From Eledone cirrhosa (lineage: Eukaryota): 64,000 nt of DNA. Numbering within the stretch: the first letter of the stretch is position 1; each line of letters begins with the position of its first letter. The position numbers were made by a program, and so were the translations under genes. The notes beneath the pieces are model-generated. The model had not been told where the DNA came from. It searched no databases and worked only from the letters and a program-made list of their open reading frames with translations. The stretch is from contig OZ024740.1 of the NCBI GenBank assembly GCA_964016885.1, positions 80,476,001 through 80,540,000 on the forward strand, read 5' to 3'. This document shows, one piece after another, positions 61,110-64,000 of the stretch.

Positions 61110-61395
61110 AAATTGAGATAAGTGGAGCAAGCAAGATTCAAACAATTTTTTAAAATAAATTAAAAAATATAATTTAAATATTCACCTATACCTTTTGCTT
61201 TTATCGACGCTTTCACTTCACAAAAGATTGGAGATCCTAGGGACTTCCAATGGAAAAGTTCAGATCATCAGAGAGCATTTTCCTTTTGTGAAGTAAAACC
61301 GTCGGTCAAAGCAAAAGGAATAGGTGAGTATTTAAATTATATTTTTTTTATTTATTTTTAAAAATTGTTTGAATCTTGCTTGCTCCGCTTATCTC

Positions 61396-61399
<4 letters not shown>
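61110..61399 (-). mobile_element. 290-bp element with ~117-bp inverted arms and a hammerhead
   Basis: 61110-61226 inverted at 61283-61399; minus strand TGCTCT-CTGATGA-..-GAAA-GCGTCGA-TA-AAAGCA (61196-61277); the other arm preserves helix III CCGTCGG-TC. Confidence 0.7.
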
Positions 61400-61470
<71 letters not shown>

Positions 61471-61664
61471 CATACATATAAATATATATACATATATATG
61501 TATATATATATACACACACATATACAAACACATATACACAAACATATACAGAGATACACACATACATATATATATGTATATATACATATATATACATATA
61601 TATACATATATACACACATATATATATGCATACATATACATATATATATATACATATATCTACA

Positions 61665-61714
<50 letters not shown>

Positions 61715-62149
61715 CATATATATACACATACATATAATTGCACATACCCACTTACATACACATGTATACAAATATTTACACATACACACATACACACACA
61801 TATATATATATACACATATATACACAAACATACACACACACATATGGATATATATATACGTATATGTGTATGTTTGTGTGTATATGTATATACACACAAA
61901 CATACACACACATATATACATATATACATACATACGTATATATATATATATACATATATAATACATAAATATATATATATACATACATATATATATATAC
62001 ACACACATATATATATATATACACACACATACATATATATATATACATATACATACATATACATATATACACACATACACACATACACACATATATACAC
62101 ATGCACACATCCATACAAAGAAACATACATATAAATACACATATATTCC

Positions 62150-62198
<49 letters not shown>

Positions 62199-62284
62199 AC
62201 GCGTACACAAATATATACAGACAGCCACACATACATATACATACACACATACACTCATATATATATACACATATACACACACAT
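61400..62284. repeat. Compound (TA)n/(CA)n/(TACA)n microsatellite
   Basis: Direct reading; explains the YI/HT/VC-rich spurious ORFs. Confidence 0.95.
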
Positions 62285-62598
62285 AGATGTATAAAAATGA
62301 AGTAGGGCTCTACATATGGAAAAAGCAGATAGGTAAGAAGTACTTACCTAACCATAGTGCCGTGTTTCGGTTCCAAAGGGGGTAGGGTGGTATGGAGGTG
62401 GGTTATTTTGTCGAGTGGTGTTTAAAAAAAAAAGAAAATCTCTTTTAGCCATCTGGCATCAACACTGGCTTAAGGTATTTAAAAGTTGCAAAGTTTTTGT
62501 GCATGCAATTCGGGCAGTGTTCAGAGAGTTTGTTCAGTAGCGGGCTCTTGGCAAATAATATTCCATAGCTCTCTGAAATACAAAGGTCGCAGCACTTG
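62285..62598 (-). mobile_element. PLE 3' fragment (GIY-YIG C-terminus)
   Basis: KCCDLCISESYGILFAKSPLLNKLSEHCPNCMHK, same C..C..E..LN..E..C.H pattern as the other PLEs. Confidence 0.65.
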
Positions 62599-62790
62599 TG
62601 TGTATATATGTATGTATTTGTGTGTGTGTGTTTGTGTGTGTATATATATATATATTAGAAAGTGAGGTTTTTTTTACAAAATGAAAAATAACCGAGGTGT
62701 CCTACACGAGTGAAAGTAAAAAGAAAAAGAGATGAAATCGAAAATGCAACTGGCGTCTTATTTTTTTTAAATATATATATTTATTTGGTT

Positions 62791-62828
62791 CCTTTACCGG
62801 TTTCGCAGTTCTTCTGCTTTTCAAAAGG
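62791..62828 (-). ncRNA. 38-nt minimal hammerhead, U3-A8 variant
   Basis: CCTT-TTGAAAA-GCAG AAGAA CTGC-GAAA-CCGG-TA-AAGG; all helices pair perfectly. Confidence 0.85.
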
Positions 62829-63045
62829 TGAGTTGAGATGGAGGGTCTGTGGTTTTTCTCACATCTGGTTGGTCTCTGAATGTTACTTGTTTTATATGGA
62901 AAAAGTGGCTCGAAATGCCAGGTTTTTCGAGAAGTAATTTGATTGGTTTGTCAATAATTATAATAAATTTCGCGCCAGTTCGCGTTACAATAGTTCTACA
63001 AATAAGGGGGGGGGGGATTGTCACAGGTTGTTTTTTCATATATGA

Positions 63046-63665
63046 GTGTTTGAATTTCTTTTTACTTGAAAAAAGGAGGCTCACGAAGCCTTTTTTTTGG
63101 TTGGTTATAAATGAAATTATGGCTGTCACGTGAACAAATTTTCATTAAATTTTTGTGCCCTTATTTGGAAATCCATTCTGTAACCTTTTTAGAGAATTTT
63201 TTGATAAGTGAAAGATAATAGTCAAGAGAAAGGGATGGGAGAATTGTTCTGGTTCAGTGAATATGGTTAGTTCGCTGGGGTGTCAGAATTCAGATTTTCT
63301 ATTGAATAAAGAAAGTAAAGATATGTGTGTTTATTTGTGTGCTTGTGTGTGTGTGTATGTGTGTTTGAATTTCTTTACTTTAAAAAAAGGTGGCTCACGA
63401 AGGCTTTTTTTTAATAAACGTGATTTGATTGGTTATAAATGAAATTTGGCTGTCACGTGAACAAGTTTTCATTACATTTTTGCGCCCTTATTTGGAAAAC
63501 TATTCTGTAGTCTTTATAGCGAATGTTATGACAATGGAAAGATAGTGGTCAAGAGAAATGGGATTGGGAGAATTGTTCTGGTTCAGTGAATATAGTTAGT
63601 TCGCTGGAGTGTCAGAGTTCAGATTTTCTATTGAAGTGAATATATCTATGTTTATTTGTGTGCTT
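63046..63665. repeat. Diverged tandem duplication (~315-bp units), probably 3' UTR of the element carrying the 62.8-kb hammerhead
   Basis: GTGTTTGAATTTCTTT..GGCTCACGAAG at 63046 and 63361. Confidence 0.75.
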
Positions 63666-64000
63666 GTGTGTGTGTATGTGTGTGTGTGTGTGTGTATGTG
63701 TGTGTGTGTGTGTGTGTATGTGTGTATTGGAAGATGATTCTATTAGTAGAAATGGGGGAGGGAGTTGTGTGTGTGTGTATATGGGTGTTATGTGTGTGTG
63801 TGCGAGTATGTTAAGATGGAGAGAATATATATTTTGTGTGTGTGTATATATATGTGTGTAGGAAAGTGGTTCTATTAGTAGAAATGGGGAGGGAGTTGTG
63901 GGTGTGGGGGTTGTTATGTGTGTGTATGGGTGTTATGTGTGTGGGAGTATGGTTAGCATGTTAAGATGAAGAGAATATATATATATATATTGTGTGTGTG

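Overview
Eukaryotic, almost entirely transposon-derived DNA. The tRNA-derived SINEs resemble octopus SINEs, so a cephalopod genome is likely (inference). No complete host gene is visible. 1-26.4 kb is a nest built on (TTA/TAA)n microsatellite: the tail of one plus three full-length Tx1-clade LINEs (CCHC ORF1; APE-RT-zf ORF2) lie head-to-tail on +, interleaved with R4/Dong-like RT+RLE elements on -, three SINEs and a PIF/Harbinger MITE. 31-64 kb is a nest built on (TA)n: several Penelope-like elements (YRDD RT + GIY-YIG, Naiad-like) and many short non-coding elements. The least obvious signal, invisible in the ORF track, is a dense set of type I hammerhead ribozyme motifs (about 15 intact or near-intact, from roughly 10 different families). 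They include two non-coding tandem arrays (522-bp and ~320-bp monomers, one hammerhead per monomer, retrozyme-like) that flip orientation internally, three families with a compensated U3-A8 core, and palindromic helix III typical of dimer-cleaving hammerheads. All calls are by eye. Boundaries of degenerate elements are approximate and ribozyme activity is untested.
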